Shown: in pieces, positions 28,272 to 38,832 of the stretch
Numbering within the stretch: the first letter of the stretch is position 1
Layout of the letters: each line of letters opens with the position of its first letter
Origin: Cyclonatronaceae bacterium
GTDB taxonomy: Bacteria > Bacteroidota > Rhodothermia > Balneolales > Cyclonatronaceae
Assembly: GCA_047921215.1 (NCBI GenBank)
Contig: JBLRWO010000009.1
Span: 35,690 to 99,689 of the forward strand
Reading direction: 5' to 3'
Length of the DNA stretch: 64,000 nucleotides
Made by a program: the position numbers and the translations under genes
The notes under the pieces: generated by a model
The model's database searches: none
Seen by the model: the letters and a program-made list of their open reading frames with translations, nothing else
Told to the model about the DNA's origin: nothing

Positions 28272-29585
28272 CTATTCGTACCTGAGTGCCTCGGCCGGCT
28301 GTATTTTTGATGCCCTCAGGGCCGGATACCAGCTGGCCAGAATGCACAGAAGCAGGCTGCCACCGATGATCATAAGCAGGTCGGACCAAATAAATACCAC
28401 GGGATAGGCACTTATGATGAACGATTCAGACCCCGCAAGCCTGATCAGACCATATTCTTTCTGAAGCCAGCTCACTAACAGACCCAGGGCACCGCCGAGC
28501 CCGCACCCGATCAGGCCCACATATATACCCTGCCTCAAAAATACCGCCTTAATATCTGCCCTTTTAAATCCGTACGACATAAGCAGCCCGATGTCGCGTG
28601 TTTTCTGAATCACGATCATGGTAAGCGACCCGACAATATTGAGAACGGCCACCAGTACAATCAGCATCAGAATAAAATAAGCGGCCCACTTTTCGAGGTT
28701 CATCACATCATACAGGGGTTTTTGAAGATCGTACCAGGTTTTTACATCATAATCTGTACCGAGAGCGGCCTGAAGTTCACTTTTAATCGCAGCTGACCTG
28801 TCGTGATTCAGCAATTTTATGTCGATACCACTCAGTGCATTCCGGGTATTAAAAATACGCTGGGCAGCTTCGAGGTCAATGAACACCAGCGAACCCTCGA
28901 AAACCCGGTCCATGGAAAAGGCGCCCCGAACATTGAAATTATAGGTTCTCGGTGCAGTGAACTGGGTAAAAGAGCGCTGAATAGCCTGGGCACTCAGCAG
29001 GCCCACATCGTCGCCTACGGTAACCCTGAGCTGGCTGGCCAGCTGCTCGCCGATCAGCAGGCCCGGGCGCCGGTCGCTCACACCAAGACTGAAACGTCCG
29101 CTGGTCAGATTGCGGCCAAGATCCACCATCCGGGAGTGAACATCCGGATCAACACCGCGAACCACCACCACCTTATAATTCCCGCTTCGGTGGGCCATCA
29201 ACGATTTCCCCTCCACAAAAGGACTTATAAGTTCAATCTCCGGATGATTTTCAAGTATGCCAGCCATCCGGTCATCGGGCATAAATGTGGTTCCGGTAGC
29301 CGACTCGATCCGGATATCGGGGTCATAGGCCAGAAGCAGATCTTTCATCAGGTCAAAAAAACCGTTGAACACCGACAAAACTATGATCAGCATCGCGGTT
29401 CCGATCGTAACCCCGGTTATACTGATCAGTGTCAGTGTTGAGATAAGCGTAACTTTCTTTCTGGAGAACAGATAACGCCGGGCTATGAGGTTTTTTGCAT
29501 TCACGCCGGAATATACGGTGAACAGCCGACATGCCGGGTGTATCATTTTATCATATCTCGCAAAAAATTCCTTATTTTCAGACAA
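28272..29585 (-). CDS. FtsX-like ABC transporter permease (LolC/LolE family)
   Basis: IARRYLFSRKK..LISTLTLISITGVTIG is a LolC/E-type N-terminus. There is a large periplasmic domain and a C-terminal FtsX 3-TM domain ending in EALRYE. The start is uncertain: ATG 29585, ATG 29546 or an internal GTG. Confidence 0.8.
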   Translation of the reverse strand: MSENKEFFARYDKMIHPACRLFTVYSGVNAKNLIARRYLFSRKKVTLISTLTLISITGVTIGTAMLIIVLSVFNGFFDLMKDLLLAYDPDIRIESATGTTFMPDDRMAGILENHPEIELISPFVEGKSLMAHRSGNYKVVVVRGVDPDVHSRMVDLGRNLTSGRFSLGVSDRRPGLLIGEQLASQLRVTVGDDVGLLSAQAIQRSFTQFTAPRTYNFNVRGAFSMDRVFEGSLVFIDLEAAQRIFNTRNALSGIDIKLLNHDRSAAIKSELQAALGTDYDVKTWYDLQKPLYDVMNLEKWAAYFILMLIVLVAVLNIVGSLTMIVIQKTRDIGLLMSYGFKRADIKAVFLRQGIYVGLIGCGLGGALGLLVSWLQKEYGLIRLAGSESFIISAYPVVFIWSDLLMIIGGSLLLCILASWYPALRASKIQPAEALRYE

Positions 29586-29611
29586 AATACATCATTAACC
29601 AGGAATCACAT

Positions 29612-31807
29612 TTGGGAAAGCTGATATTAAATAAACAAGAGCAGAAAGCACTTGTTGAGGGGTACCACGGTGACGTTTTTTCCGTACTCGGCAACCACCG
29701 GGTTGTTCAAAAAAAACAGGAAAAGCAACAGATAAGAACATTGCAGCCGGACGCCCAAACGGTATCCGTTATTGATGCAGCCAATAACCGGACAACCCTT
29801 ACGCCTGTTGACAATACACCACTGTTTGAAGGCCTTTTTCCGGCGGATGCCGATCTGAATAACTACAGACTCGAAATTAAATACAACGACGGGGCCAGCC
29901 GCACCATCCACGATCCATACAGTTTTACACCACTAATCAGCGATTATGACCTTCAGCTCTGGGGAGAAGGTAACCATACCAAAGCCTACGAGTTTATGGG
30001 TGCCCACATTAAGGAAATTGGTGGCATAAAAGGCGTGCATTTTGTAATAACCGCACCCTCGGCGGCACGCGTAAGTGTAGTGGGCGGTTTCAATAACTGG
30101 GATGGGCGCTGCAATGTGATGCGAAAATATGTAGACCAGGGTATCTGGGAGATATTTATTCCGGGACTGGATGAGGGCACCCAATATAAATATGAGATTA
30201 AGCCTCACGGTTTTGGTCCGCCTTTTCTGAAATCCGATCCGTACGGATTCTACTACGAGAAACGACCGAAAACCGCCTCGGTCATAAAAAACATCAATAC
30301 CTTCAGCTGGTCTGATAAAGAGTGGATGCAGAAACGTTCGCCCGGACGTGAAAAGCCTGTTTCTGTTTATGAGCTGCACCTGGGTTCCTGGAAACGTCAT
30401 ATCAAGGATAATTCCTTTTACACCTACCGTGAGCTTGCAGAACATCTCATCCCCTATGTAAAGGAGCTTGGTTTCTCACACATTGAACTGCTTCCGGTTG
30501 CCGAACACCCCTACGATCCTTCATGGGGTTACCAGATAACCGGTTATTATGCACCGACCAGCCGTTTTGGCGAGCCCGAAGATTTCATGTTTTTCGTAAA
30601 CGAGTGCCACCGGAACGACCTCGGAGTAATAATCGATTGGGTACCGGCCCATTTCACTAAAGACGACCATGGCCTCAGGGAATTTGACGGTACTCACCTG
30701 TACGAGCATGCCGACCCCCGGCAGGGGGAACACAGGGACTGGGGAACCAAAATTTTCAATTTCGGACGGATAGAGGTAAAAAATTTCCTGATGTCAAATG
30801 CCCAGTTCTGGCTTGAAAAGTATCATATCGACGGCCTGAGAGTCGATGCCGTAGCCTCCATGCTCTACCTGGACTATTCCCGCGAAGAAGGTGACTGGGT
30901 ACCCAATAAATTCGGTGGACGTGAAAACCTGGAAGCCATCGATTTCCTGAAAAAATTTAATGAGCTTGTGCACAGGGAATTCCCCGGAATTGTCACCTTC
31001 GCCGAAGAGTCGACATCCTGGCCCATGGTTTCCCATCCCACCTACGTTGGCGGTCTTGGTTTCGACTACAAATGGAACATGGGCTGGATGAACGATACGC
31101 TCAAGTATATTGAAGTTGATCCGCTCTACCGCAAATATCACCACAATCAGCTAACATTTTCGCTGATATACGCCTTTTCGGAGAACTTTATACTCCCCTT
31201 TTCTCACGATGAAGTTGTACACCTGAAAAAATCGATGCTATCGAAGATGCCGGGCGATAACTGGCAAAAGTTTGCCAATCTCAGGCTGCTGATGGGGTAT
31301 CAGTACTGCCACCCCGGGAAAAAACTGCTGTTTATGGGTACCGAGTTCGGTCAGTGGAGCGAGTGGAACTGTGAACAGGAGCTCGACTGGCCACTGCTTC
31401 AGTTCGAGCCCCATCAGGGCATAAAAAAAACCGTACAGGCCCTGAACAATGTTTATAAGTCGGAAAAAGCCCTGCATCAGCTCGATTTTGACTGGAACGG
31501 TTTTAAATGGCTCGATTTTTCGGACGTGGATCAGAGTGTGATCTCTTTTCTCCGTTTCTCCGAAAACCGCGACGATTTTGTGATCTGTGCATTCAATTTT
31601 ACCCCTGGTACCCATCACAATTACATATTCGGTGTGCCGCGGCATGGCCGTTACAAAGAAATATTCAACAGTGATGACACACGTTTTGGCGGCAGCGGTG
31701 TAGTGAATACCGAAATCCATTCAGCCGAAGGTGAATGGCACGGGGAACCTGCCCACATTTCCGTAAGCCTGCCCCCGCTGGGATGCATCATTATTAAACC
31801 ACAATAA
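29612..31807 (+). CDS. glgB: 1,4-alpha-glucan branching enzyme
   Basis: HGDVFSVLGNH is the N-terminal motif. GH13 catalytic motifs are DWVPAHF, GLRVDAVASM, FAEESTSWP and SHDEVVH. The TTG at 29612 is preferred over the ATG at 29531, which would overlap the divergent permease gene. Confidence 0.93.
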   Translation: MGKLILNKQEQKALVEGYHGDVFSVLGNHRVVQKKQEKQQIRTLQPDAQTVSVIDAANNRTTLTPVDNTPLFEGLFPADADLNNYRLEIKYNDGASRTIHDPYSFTPLISDYDLQLWGEGNHTKAYEFMGAHIKEIGGIKGVHFVITAPSAARVSVVGGFNNWDGRCNVMRKYVDQGIWEIFIPGLDEGTQYKYEIKPHGFGPPFLKSDPYGFYYEKRPKTASVIKNINTFSWSDKEWMQKRSPGREKPVSVYELHLGSWKRHIKDNSFYTYRELAEHLIPYVKELGFSHIELLPVAEHPYDPSWGYQITGYYAPTSRFGEPEDFMFFVNECHRNDLGVIIDWVPAHFTKDDHGLREFDGTHLYEHADPRQGEHRDWGTKIFNFGRIEVKNFLMSNAQFWLEKYHIDGLRVDAVASMLYLDYSREEGDWVPNKFGGRENLEAIDFLKKFNELVHREFPGIVTFAEESTSWPMVSHPTYVGGLGFDYKWNMGWMNDTLKYIEVDPLYRKYHHNQLTFSLIYAFSENFILPFSHDEVVHLKKSMLSKMPGDNWQKFANLRLLMGYQYCHPGKKLLFMGTEFGQWSEWNCEQELDWPLLQFEPHQGIKKTVQALNNVYKSEKALHQLDFDWNGFKWLDFSDVDQSVISFLRFSENRDDFVICAFNFTPGTHHNYIFGVPRHGRYKEIFNSDDTRFGGSGVVNTEIHSAEGEWHGEPAHISVSLPPLGCIIIKPQ

Positions 31808-31830
31808 AACATTATTTTAGCTGTACAAAC

Positions 31831-33378
31831 ATGTTCAAACGTTCAAGTGGGATCCTTCTTCATCCGACCTCATTCCCGTCAGATTACGGAATCGGCGACC
31901 TTGGCCTGGAAGCAAAAAAATTCATCGATTTTCTGGAAAAATCGGAGCTGTCGGTATGGCAGATCCTGCCCCTGGGGCCAACCGGTTACGGAAATTCCCC
32001 GTACGCTTCCTATTCCGCCTTTGCCGGCAACCACTATCTGATCAGTCCCGATATTTTACACGAAAAAGAACTGCTTACCAATGATGAGCTCAGGCATGCC
32101 ATGGTGCCATCCCATGAAAAAGTTGATTACGAAACGGCTTTCAGCAACAAAAGCGAACTTTTAAAACGGGCGGCTGACCGGTTTTATGAGCGAAATGACA
32201 AACAGGATCAGAAAGACCTGAAGAAATTCAAGAAAGAGAATACCTTCTGGCTCGATGACTATGTACTGTTTATTTCATGTCTTGAACACAACGGTTTCAA
32301 ACCCTGGAACACCTGGGACCCTGCACTCTCAAAACGTGAGCCGGAAGCCCTTAAAAAAGCCCGCAAAGAGCTCAAAGACCGGATCAACTACCATTATTTT
32401 GTTCAGTTCGAATTCTTTAATCAGTGGATGAAGATAAGGGAATATGCCAACCATAAAGAGATTATCATTGTTGGCGACATCCCTATATTCGTGGACCATA
32501 ACAGTTCTGATGTGTGGGCCAATTCGCAGTATTTCGAGGTCGACAGCCGGGGAAACCGGAAACTCGTTGCAGGTGTACCACCCGACTATTTCAGCGAGAC
32601 CGGCCAGCTTTGGGGAAATCCACTCTACAAATGGAAAGCACTGAAAAAAGACGGCTATACGTGGTGGCTTGAACGCTTCAGGCAGATGTTTTATCTGTTC
32701 GATGCCATCCGGGTTGACCATTTCCGTGGTTTTGATGCCTACTGGGAGGTAAAAGCGGATGCCGAGACCGCCATGTACGGGCGCTGGGTGAAAGGCCCCA
32801 GCGAAGATCTGTTCGATACCATACTGGATAAGATGGGCACCCTCCCCATCATTGCCGAAGATCTTGGCGTAATAACAGCGGAAGTTGTGAAATTGCGCGA
32901 CAAATACAATTTTCCCGGCATGAAAATTCTCCAGTTCGCATTTTCTGACAATGCGGGCAACAGTTTCCTGCCCCACAACTACGATACGAGCAACTGTATC
33001 GTCTATACCGGCACTCACGATAACGACACGACCCGGGGCTGGTACGAATCTGCCTCGGAAAAAGAACGGCATCAGGCCCGTGAGTATACGCGGTCTGACG
33101 GAAACTCCATTCATACCGAACTAATACATACGGCCATGATGTCGGTGGCACGGATGGCCATTTTCCCGATGCAGGATCTTCTTGGCCTTGGAACCGAGCA
33201 CAGAATGAACTATCCCAGTACCGTATCCAATAACTGGCTGTGGCGCTACAAACGAGGTGATCTTGCTAAAATTGACATCAACTGGCTGCGGTGGCTGGTA
33301 AATCTTACCAACCGGAATCCGCGATTGAATCTGTCGGATGCCAACCTTACTACGCTTGAGACCGAGGAGGCAAATTAA
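31831..33378 (+). CDS. malQ: 4-alpha-glucanotransferase (amylomaltase)
   Basis: SGILLHPTSFPSDYGIGDLG, IRVDHFRGF and TGTHDNDT are GH77 motifs. Confidence 0.93.
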   Translation: MFKRSSGILLHPTSFPSDYGIGDLGLEAKKFIDFLEKSELSVWQILPLGPTGYGNSPYASYSAFAGNHYLISPDILHEKELLTNDELRHAMVPSHEKVDYETAFSNKSELLKRAADRFYERNDKQDQKDLKKFKKENTFWLDDYVLFISCLEHNGFKPWNTWDPALSKREPEALKKARKELKDRINYHYFVQFEFFNQWMKIREYANHKEIIIVGDIPIFVDHNSSDVWANSQYFEVDSRGNRKLVAGVPPDYFSETGQLWGNPLYKWKALKKDGYTWWLERFRQMFYLFDAIRVDHFRGFDAYWEVKADAETAMYGRWVKGPSEDLFDTILDKMGTLPIIAEDLGVITAEVVKLRDKYNFPGMKILQFAFSDNAGNSFLPHNYDTSNCIVYTGTHDNDTTRGWYESASEKERHQAREYTRSDGNSIHTELIHTAMMSVARMAIFPMQDLLGLGTEHRMNYPSTVSNNWLWRYKRGDLAKIDINWLRWLVNLTNRNPRLNLSDANLTTLETEEAN

Positions 33379-33503
33379 CCTTTAAATCCAGCTTCCAAAT
33401 AGTTATATTTCGAGATTGTATACATCACACTGACGTGTCGTTCAGGAATACTAACATTCCGATCCAAAACCGGCACAGACACCAGGAATAACTGCTCTAA
33501 CTT

Positions 33504-34304
33504 ATGAAGATTTTATATGCAGCGGCAGAAATATCGCCCTTCGCCAAGATGACCAATACCGCTGATCTGATGCGTTTCTTACCGGCATCACTTCAGGACA
33601 AGGGGTTTGAAATCCGTATCCTGCTTCCGAAATACGGATCCATCCACGACCGGAGAAACAGGCTGCACGAAGTGATCCGCCTTTCGGGCATCGAGGTTCA
33701 GGTGGCCGACAATGTTGAAAGTATGCGAATCAAGGTGGCCAGCATTCCAAACGCAAAACTTCAGGTCTATTTTCTCGATAACGACACATATTTTAAACGC
33801 AAAGGCCTTTTCCGTGATGCAAAAGGCAATTTTTACGACGATAATGCCGAACGTCTGATCTTCTACAATAAAGGGATACTTGAGACCGTAATTAAACTCG
33901 GATGGAAACCCGACTTTATTCACTGCCATGACTGGGCAGCAGGCTTTGTACCCGTATTCATGAAAGAAACCTACAAGGATTACGACATTTTCAAAAACAC
34001 CAGAATCATCTACAATCTGCACAGCCCTGTGAACGAAGGTATTTTCAATGAAGATTTTCTCGATCTTGCCCGGCTGCCCGAAGGATTTGACAAAAGCAGG
34101 GTGATGACCGGTGACAAGGTTGATTTTATCCGTGCAGGACTTTCATATGCTGACCATGTGGTTACCAGCAACGATATTCGCGATGAATTTGACGATTTAT
34201 TCAAAGAGTTAAACATCACACCCACTAAAATCCAGGGTTCGCCGTTCGATATGTCAAGCAAGTTTGCTGAATTCTACAACAGCCTTGCACCCGAAAACGC
34301 CTGA
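33504..34304 (+). CDS. Short glycogen/starch synthase-like protein (GT5 N-terminal domain only)
   Basis: MKILYAAAEISPFAKMTNTADLMRFLPASLQDKGFEIRILLPKYG matches the GlgA N-terminus. At 266 aa the ORF lacks the C-terminal Rossmann half of canonical GlgA, which is about 480 aa. Confidence 0.8.
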   Translation: MKILYAAAEISPFAKMTNTADLMRFLPASLQDKGFEIRILLPKYGSIHDRRNRLHEVIRLSGIEVQVADNVESMRIKVASIPNAKLQVYFLDNDTYFKRKGLFRDAKGNFYDDNAERLIFYNKGILETVIKLGWKPDFIHCHDWAAGFVPVFMKETYKDYDIFKNTRIIYNLHSPVNEGIFNEDFLDLARLPEGFDKSRVMTGDKVDFIRAGLSYADHVVTSNDIRDEFDDLFKELNITPTKIQGSPFDMSSKFAEFYNSLAPENA

Positions 34305-34333
34305 CTTATCCCCAAAACCTAAACCATTTCAGC

Positions 34334-35566
34334 TTGAGAGTCCTCGTTAAACGACTTCTGATCATTGCAGTTTTTCTGCCCGCAGCACTTGTATTCACAT
34401 CCTGTGAAGACTCCGGTACAGTCGGCTCATCATTTACAGGTACCAATCAGATTGTACAGGTTGATACCCTTCGAATCGATTCGGTTACCCCTGTTGACCT
34501 GCCCACATTTTCGGGCGAACTGAATAATTTTTCTGCCGGTCAGTACGATGACCCCCTGTTCGGCACGTTTCGGGCCACCGCTATGATAATGCCCGGCCTT
34601 CCGCTTGCTGAACGGGCTATCGGCTCCGCAGATGAGCTATATCTGGTCCTTTTTCCATCAACCATCTATGGCGACTCAGCATCAACCGCCACTTTCGATC
34701 TGGTGGAGGTTGGTGAACGCTGGCGCGGTACCAACTGGACACTTGCCGACCAACCGGTTTTAACCGGTAATGTGGTGGGCAGCTTCGAAGTGGGCCCTGC
34801 TACTGATTCCGTTGCCGTTGAGCTATCTCGCGACTGGATTAATAATTACGCGACTTTTATAACGGAAGTAGAAGGTGAAAGCCGGGATTCCACGTTCCGG
34901 GCCAATGTATTTGGTTTTGCCATTGTGCCTACCGGCGGGAATAAAGTGGTCGGATTTACAGCCAGGCAAACCGACACCCAGAACTTTTTGAACGTTGTAC
35001 GATCATTTCTGCTCCTCAGGCAGACTTCGGATGATGATGATTCAAGGATTATCAACAGGTCATGGGCATTCAGTCTTGATCATGACCTTACTACAGCCAC
35101 TGTACCACTGCCTCAAAATGCGACTCCGGTTTTAAATACCTTCAGGAATGCGTTTAAACTCGATTTCAGAATAGACGAAACCATTTTGGGCACCAAAAAT
35201 ATATCACGTATCGAAGCGGTGCTCTATGAAGACACCCTCTCCCTGCAAAACAGCCTGCCGCCGATGCATAATCGCCCTTCGAGTAACCGTACCTATATCT
35301 TCCGCCTGCAGCCCGGTGAAGACAATTTCGCCATTGTTCGTAATCCTGACGACAATATTCTGCGGACCGATGCCGATGCATCCTATCGGTTTAACCTTCT
35401 TGGCTACACCAACGACATTCTTTTTGGCACCCCCCGCAATGTCACATTCGTGGTCACATCCGGGGCAAATAACGGGTTAATCTATCCCAACCTTATCTAC
35501 AATACCAACGAGCAAGAGCTCTTCCCGAAAATCATTGTAACCAAGTTAATACCCGAGACATTGTAA
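34334..35566 (+). CDS. Lipoprotein, DUF4270-like (tentative)
   Basis: Lipobox-like LVFTSC. 410 aa. Its position right after a short glgA is as I recall for Bacteroidota DUF4270 genes. The family call is from context, not motif. Confidence 0.5.
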   Translation: MRVLVKRLLIIAVFLPAALVFTSCEDSGTVGSSFTGTNQIVQVDTLRIDSVTPVDLPTFSGELNNFSAGQYDDPLFGTFRATAMIMPGLPLAERAIGSADELYLVLFPSTIYGDSASTATFDLVEVGERWRGTNWTLADQPVLTGNVVGSFEVGPATDSVAVELSRDWINNYATFITEVEGESRDSTFRANVFGFAIVPTGGNKVVGFTARQTDTQNFLNVVRSFLLLRQTSDDDDSRIINRSWAFSLDHDLTTATVPLPQNATPVLNTFRNAFKLDFRIDETILGTKNISRIEAVLYEDTLSLQNSLPPMHNRPSSNRTYIFRLQPGEDNFAIVRNPDDNILRTDADASYRFNLLGYTNDILFGTPRNVTFVVTSGANNGLIYPNLIYNTNEQELFPKIIVTKLIPETL

Positions 35567-36855
35567 TGCGCAAACTACTTTCAGTTACTTTTATCGCCGT
35601 GCTCAGCATGGCATCTGTTGCCGGCGCACAAGATGAATATCAGAATTCCTCTGTTTATTCATCTATCGGTCTTGGTAACCCGCTCGATTTCCGCTCTTCA
35701 GCCGGTGCCTCCATGGGGATGTCTGGCGTAGGTATCTGGAACTTTAATACCATCAGCAATGCGAATCCGGCCCAGTGGGGCGGCAGTTTTTTTACTATGG
35801 GCACCGCTGCCCTGTCTCTGAATAGCTTTTCCGCTTCCGATAACTTCGGTGAGCAGAAAAACACCATAATCAATTTTAGCCAGATCCAACTGGTTCTTCC
35901 GGTTTTGCGTGAAAGGATCGGGGTTTCCCTTTCGCTTCAGCCCTACACTGAATCCCGGTTTTCTTTTTTTGAAGAAGGCACCATCGAGTCTGCCGACAGC
36001 CTGAATTATCTGATTGACCGCCGTGGCGATGGAGGGCTTAACAAACTTGAAATAGGTTTTGGTGTCCGTATAAACGACTGGCTTCTTGTTGGCTATGCAC
36101 CCTCACTGGTGTTTGGTTTTTACGAAAACAGAAATGTAACACTGTTCGACAGAACCGGATTTTCTGACGTTAACTATACCATAGGAACCCGTCATAAAGG
36201 ATTTGGCAACCGTTTCGGTGTACTCGCTTCGCACAGGGGCCTGTTTCGGACAAACGACAGGATTGTGCTGGGATCGACCGTTGATCTGCCTGTAATGCTC
36301 GGTTCAAGACGAAAAATGACCACCCAGGTTATTACCGGTTTCCCGCCCCAGAGAAAAACCATTGAATTATTTTCTGAAGATTATTACGGTGAGGGCAAGA
36401 CCGAATTGCCATTGGAAATGAATACCGGTCTTACGTATTATCCCAGTCCTTTTGTTCTGCTTGCGGGCGAGGTTTTATATCAAAACTGGTCTGATTACAG
36501 AAATTTTGACGGGAATACGGATGATTTTCTCAAGAATAGGACTAAATACAGTCTCGGTTTTCAATATGACTCCCGCCGTCGCGGGGATACCGGTTTTTTT
36601 AATACATTTCTTTACCGTTTTGGTGTATCATACGACGACGGTCACCTTACCCTTAACAATACCAGTATCGAAACCACGATGATATCTGCCGGAATCAGTA
36701 TCCCCTCTGCCTTCTTTGGATCATCTATCGATATAGGTGTTAATTACGGGATCAGAGGCACTAAGTCCAATGATTTGGTACAGGAGAAAATTTTTGGGCT
36801 ACGGGCTTCGTTTAACCTTTCAGAACTAATGTTCCTGCAGAGAAGATTACAATAA
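35566..36855 (+). CDS. Uncharacterised outer-membrane beta-barrel (porin-like) protein
   Basis: Signal peptide ..MASVAGAQ. 429 aa with alternating beta-strand patterns. The start overlaps the upstream stop (TAATG). Confidence 0.5.
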   Translation: MRKLLSVTFIAVLSMASVAGAQDEYQNSSVYSSIGLGNPLDFRSSAGASMGMSGVGIWNFNTISNANPAQWGGSFFTMGTAALSLNSFSASDNFGEQKNTIINFSQIQLVLPVLRERIGVSLSLQPYTESRFSFFEEGTIESADSLNYLIDRRGDGGLNKLEIGFGVRINDWLLVGYAPSLVFGFYENRNVTLFDRTGFSDVNYTIGTRHKGFGNRFGVLASHRGLFRTNDRIVLGSTVDLPVMLGSRRKMTTQVITGFPPQRKTIELFSEDYYGEGKTELPLEMNTGLTYYPSPFVLLAGEVLYQNWSDYRNFDGNTDDFLKNRTKYSLGFQYDSRRRGDTGFFNTFLYRFGVSYDDGHLTLNNTSIETTMISAGISIPSAFFGSSIDIGVNYGIRGTKSNDLVQEKIFGLRASFNLSELMFLQRRLQ

Positions 36856-36886
36856 GAGAAGATTACAGTAACATTCACTAAGTAAT

Positions 36887-38194
36887 ATGATGATGAAAAA
36901 AGCAATCATTCTGATGGTGGTAGTACTCGGGGCCAGTTCTTACGGGTGGGCTCAGCCTTATGGTTTACCAGCCGATGCAACGTGGTCGATATTCAATGAG
37001 AATTTTCGGAACAATGATTTCGAGGGGGCACTGCCCTTTGGACGCTGGCTGGTATTTAACAAGCCAAAAACACTGGAAGGCTATCCGCAATACAGAGGTG
37101 ACCGTAATTTTGACCGCATGATCAAAGTGTACGAGCAAATGGCTGAAAAGCAAACGGATCCGGCTCTTAAAACGGCTTATCTTGACTCTGTAGCCTATCT
37201 CTATGATACCGCGCTTGACATTTTCGACGCTGAAGAAATCGATCACTTCAGCTGGAAAAGAAACAAGGCCCGGTTTTTGCAATCGAATGCTGACAATATT
37301 GAAAGTGCAAACGACAAAGCCACAGAAATTTACATGGAGCTTTTTGAAGAAAATACCGACCGTTTTGTGCAGGAAGCCGATGGCTGGTACGTCAATTTCC
37401 TTGCACGTTCGTTCATGAGCGCCGACCGGGAAAAAACCCTCGAAATTCTGAAAACTGCCGAGCCGTATGCCAGCCCCGCTCTGCTTGATAATTTCGAACA
37501 GATACGAGACGAACTGTTCCGGGATCCCGGCGAGCGCATTGTATACCTTGAAGGTCTGCGGGAATCACGCCCCGACGATCTTGAGTTGCTTGAAGAATTG
37601 ATCGGTCTTTATGAAAGAACCGGCAACCGGGCAAAACTCCGCGAATCAGCTGTAAGGCTGTATGAGCTGAATCCAAGTTACTACAACGTTATCAGAATGG
37701 CTGAGGCGGCCAAATCGAACGCTGAATACCGAAATGCCATTCGGTACTACCGTGAAGCTATTTCTAAAACAGATAACCCCGATAATCTGAAAAAAGCCAA
37801 TATCGAGGTTGCCAACAACTACCTGAACCTCGGCGAATTTCAACAAGCCCGTGATTTTGCCAGGAGGGCATCACAGATAGATCCGAACTGGGGTGAACCC
37901 TATGTGAAAATCGCTGAAATCTATGGGCAGGCCATCACCGATTGCGCCGGCGGCACATTGGAAAGAACCGATAAGGTTGTGTACTGGCTGGTACTCGACT
38001 ATCTCGACAGAGCCAGAAGTGTTGACCGCAGCTTCGCCAATACAGTAACCCAGATGTACCGGTCCTATCAGCCGGTAACTCCAACCGTTGAGGAGAAGTT
38101 TTACCAGGGTTGGAATGTAGGCGACAAGATCCAGGTCAACAGCTCGTTGAGAGACTGCTACGGCTGGATCGGTGAAACTACGACCGTTCGTTAG
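36887..38194 (+). CDS. Tetratricopeptide-repeat-like secreted protein
   Basis: Signal peptide present. Helical repeat segments (..AIRYYREAISK..ANNYLNLGEFQQARDFARRASQIDPNWGEPY..). Confidence 0.6.
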   Translation: MMMKKAIILMVVVLGASSYGWAQPYGLPADATWSIFNENFRNNDFEGALPFGRWLVFNKPKTLEGYPQYRGDRNFDRMIKVYEQMAEKQTDPALKTAYLDSVAYLYDTALDIFDAEEIDHFSWKRNKARFLQSNADNIESANDKATEIYMELFEENTDRFVQEADGWYVNFLARSFMSADREKTLEILKTAEPYASPALLDNFEQIRDELFRDPGERIVYLEGLRESRPDDLELLEELIGLYERTGNRAKLRESAVRLYELNPSYYNVIRMAEAAKSNAEYRNAIRYYREAISKTDNPDNLKKANIEVANNYLNLGEFQQARDFARRASQIDPNWGEPYVKIAEIYGQAITDCAGGTLERTDKVVYWLVLDYLDRARSVDRSFANTVTQMYRSYQPVTPTVEEKFYQGWNVGDKIQVNSSLRDCYGWIGETTTVR

Positions 38195-38832
38195 AAACCG
38201 GCCCGGTATCAGATAAACAGATATATACAGGGTTTGCAGGTGAATACAGGTATACCCGCAGTTTAACCGACCTGTTGATCTCTATATTGACGAGACTAAA
38301 AAAGGGAGATTTATTTTCCTTTTTTTGGTTTCCGATAACTTTTTAGTTTTGGACATGGGTCGTACAGGATGCATCAGTTTTACCTGACCACCCGTTACCT
38401 GATTGTAATAAGACAAAAATTCAGATATGACGTACCGTCAGGTCTTTTGCCTGTTATGCCGTATTACTGCAACATTAGCTGGCTGATCAAGTCAATTGAC
38501 ACATCAGATTGCAGTAACAGCCGTGCATACTATCGCATATCTTTAATTTAATTATGTAGTTATAACGTATGCTGTACACGTATATAATAACCTTTTAAAA
38601 ATAAACGCTACCGGAACATATTTTTAAAATCAGAGTCGAATTTTTCATAAGAATTCAATAGTTTATCAATACCAACCGGCGCAATATTCTTATCAAGCCT
38701 GCTTCAAGTCCGGGGCACAGTCTAAAAGCAAACCTTTTTTCTCTATACCGGCATGGCCGGTTACGTGATCATCAGCAAGCAGGTTCAATACGATTTATTT
38801 ACGCGCAAATCAGCTCAATTCCAGATTGATTC

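Noticed and set aside
38296-38330. A possible terminator after the TPR gene (AAAAAAGGGAGATTTATTTTCCTTTTTTT).
   Set aside because: The stem is only about 3 G-C pairs plus A/T pairs, which is too weak to call. It is mentioned only as part of the rho upstream region.
38369-38551. A 60-aa ORF in the rho leader region.
   Set aside because: The translation is AT-rich and compositionally odd (Tyr/Ile/Leu/Ser-rich). There is no signal, no TM, no known motif and no obvious translation start context. It is treated as non-coding.
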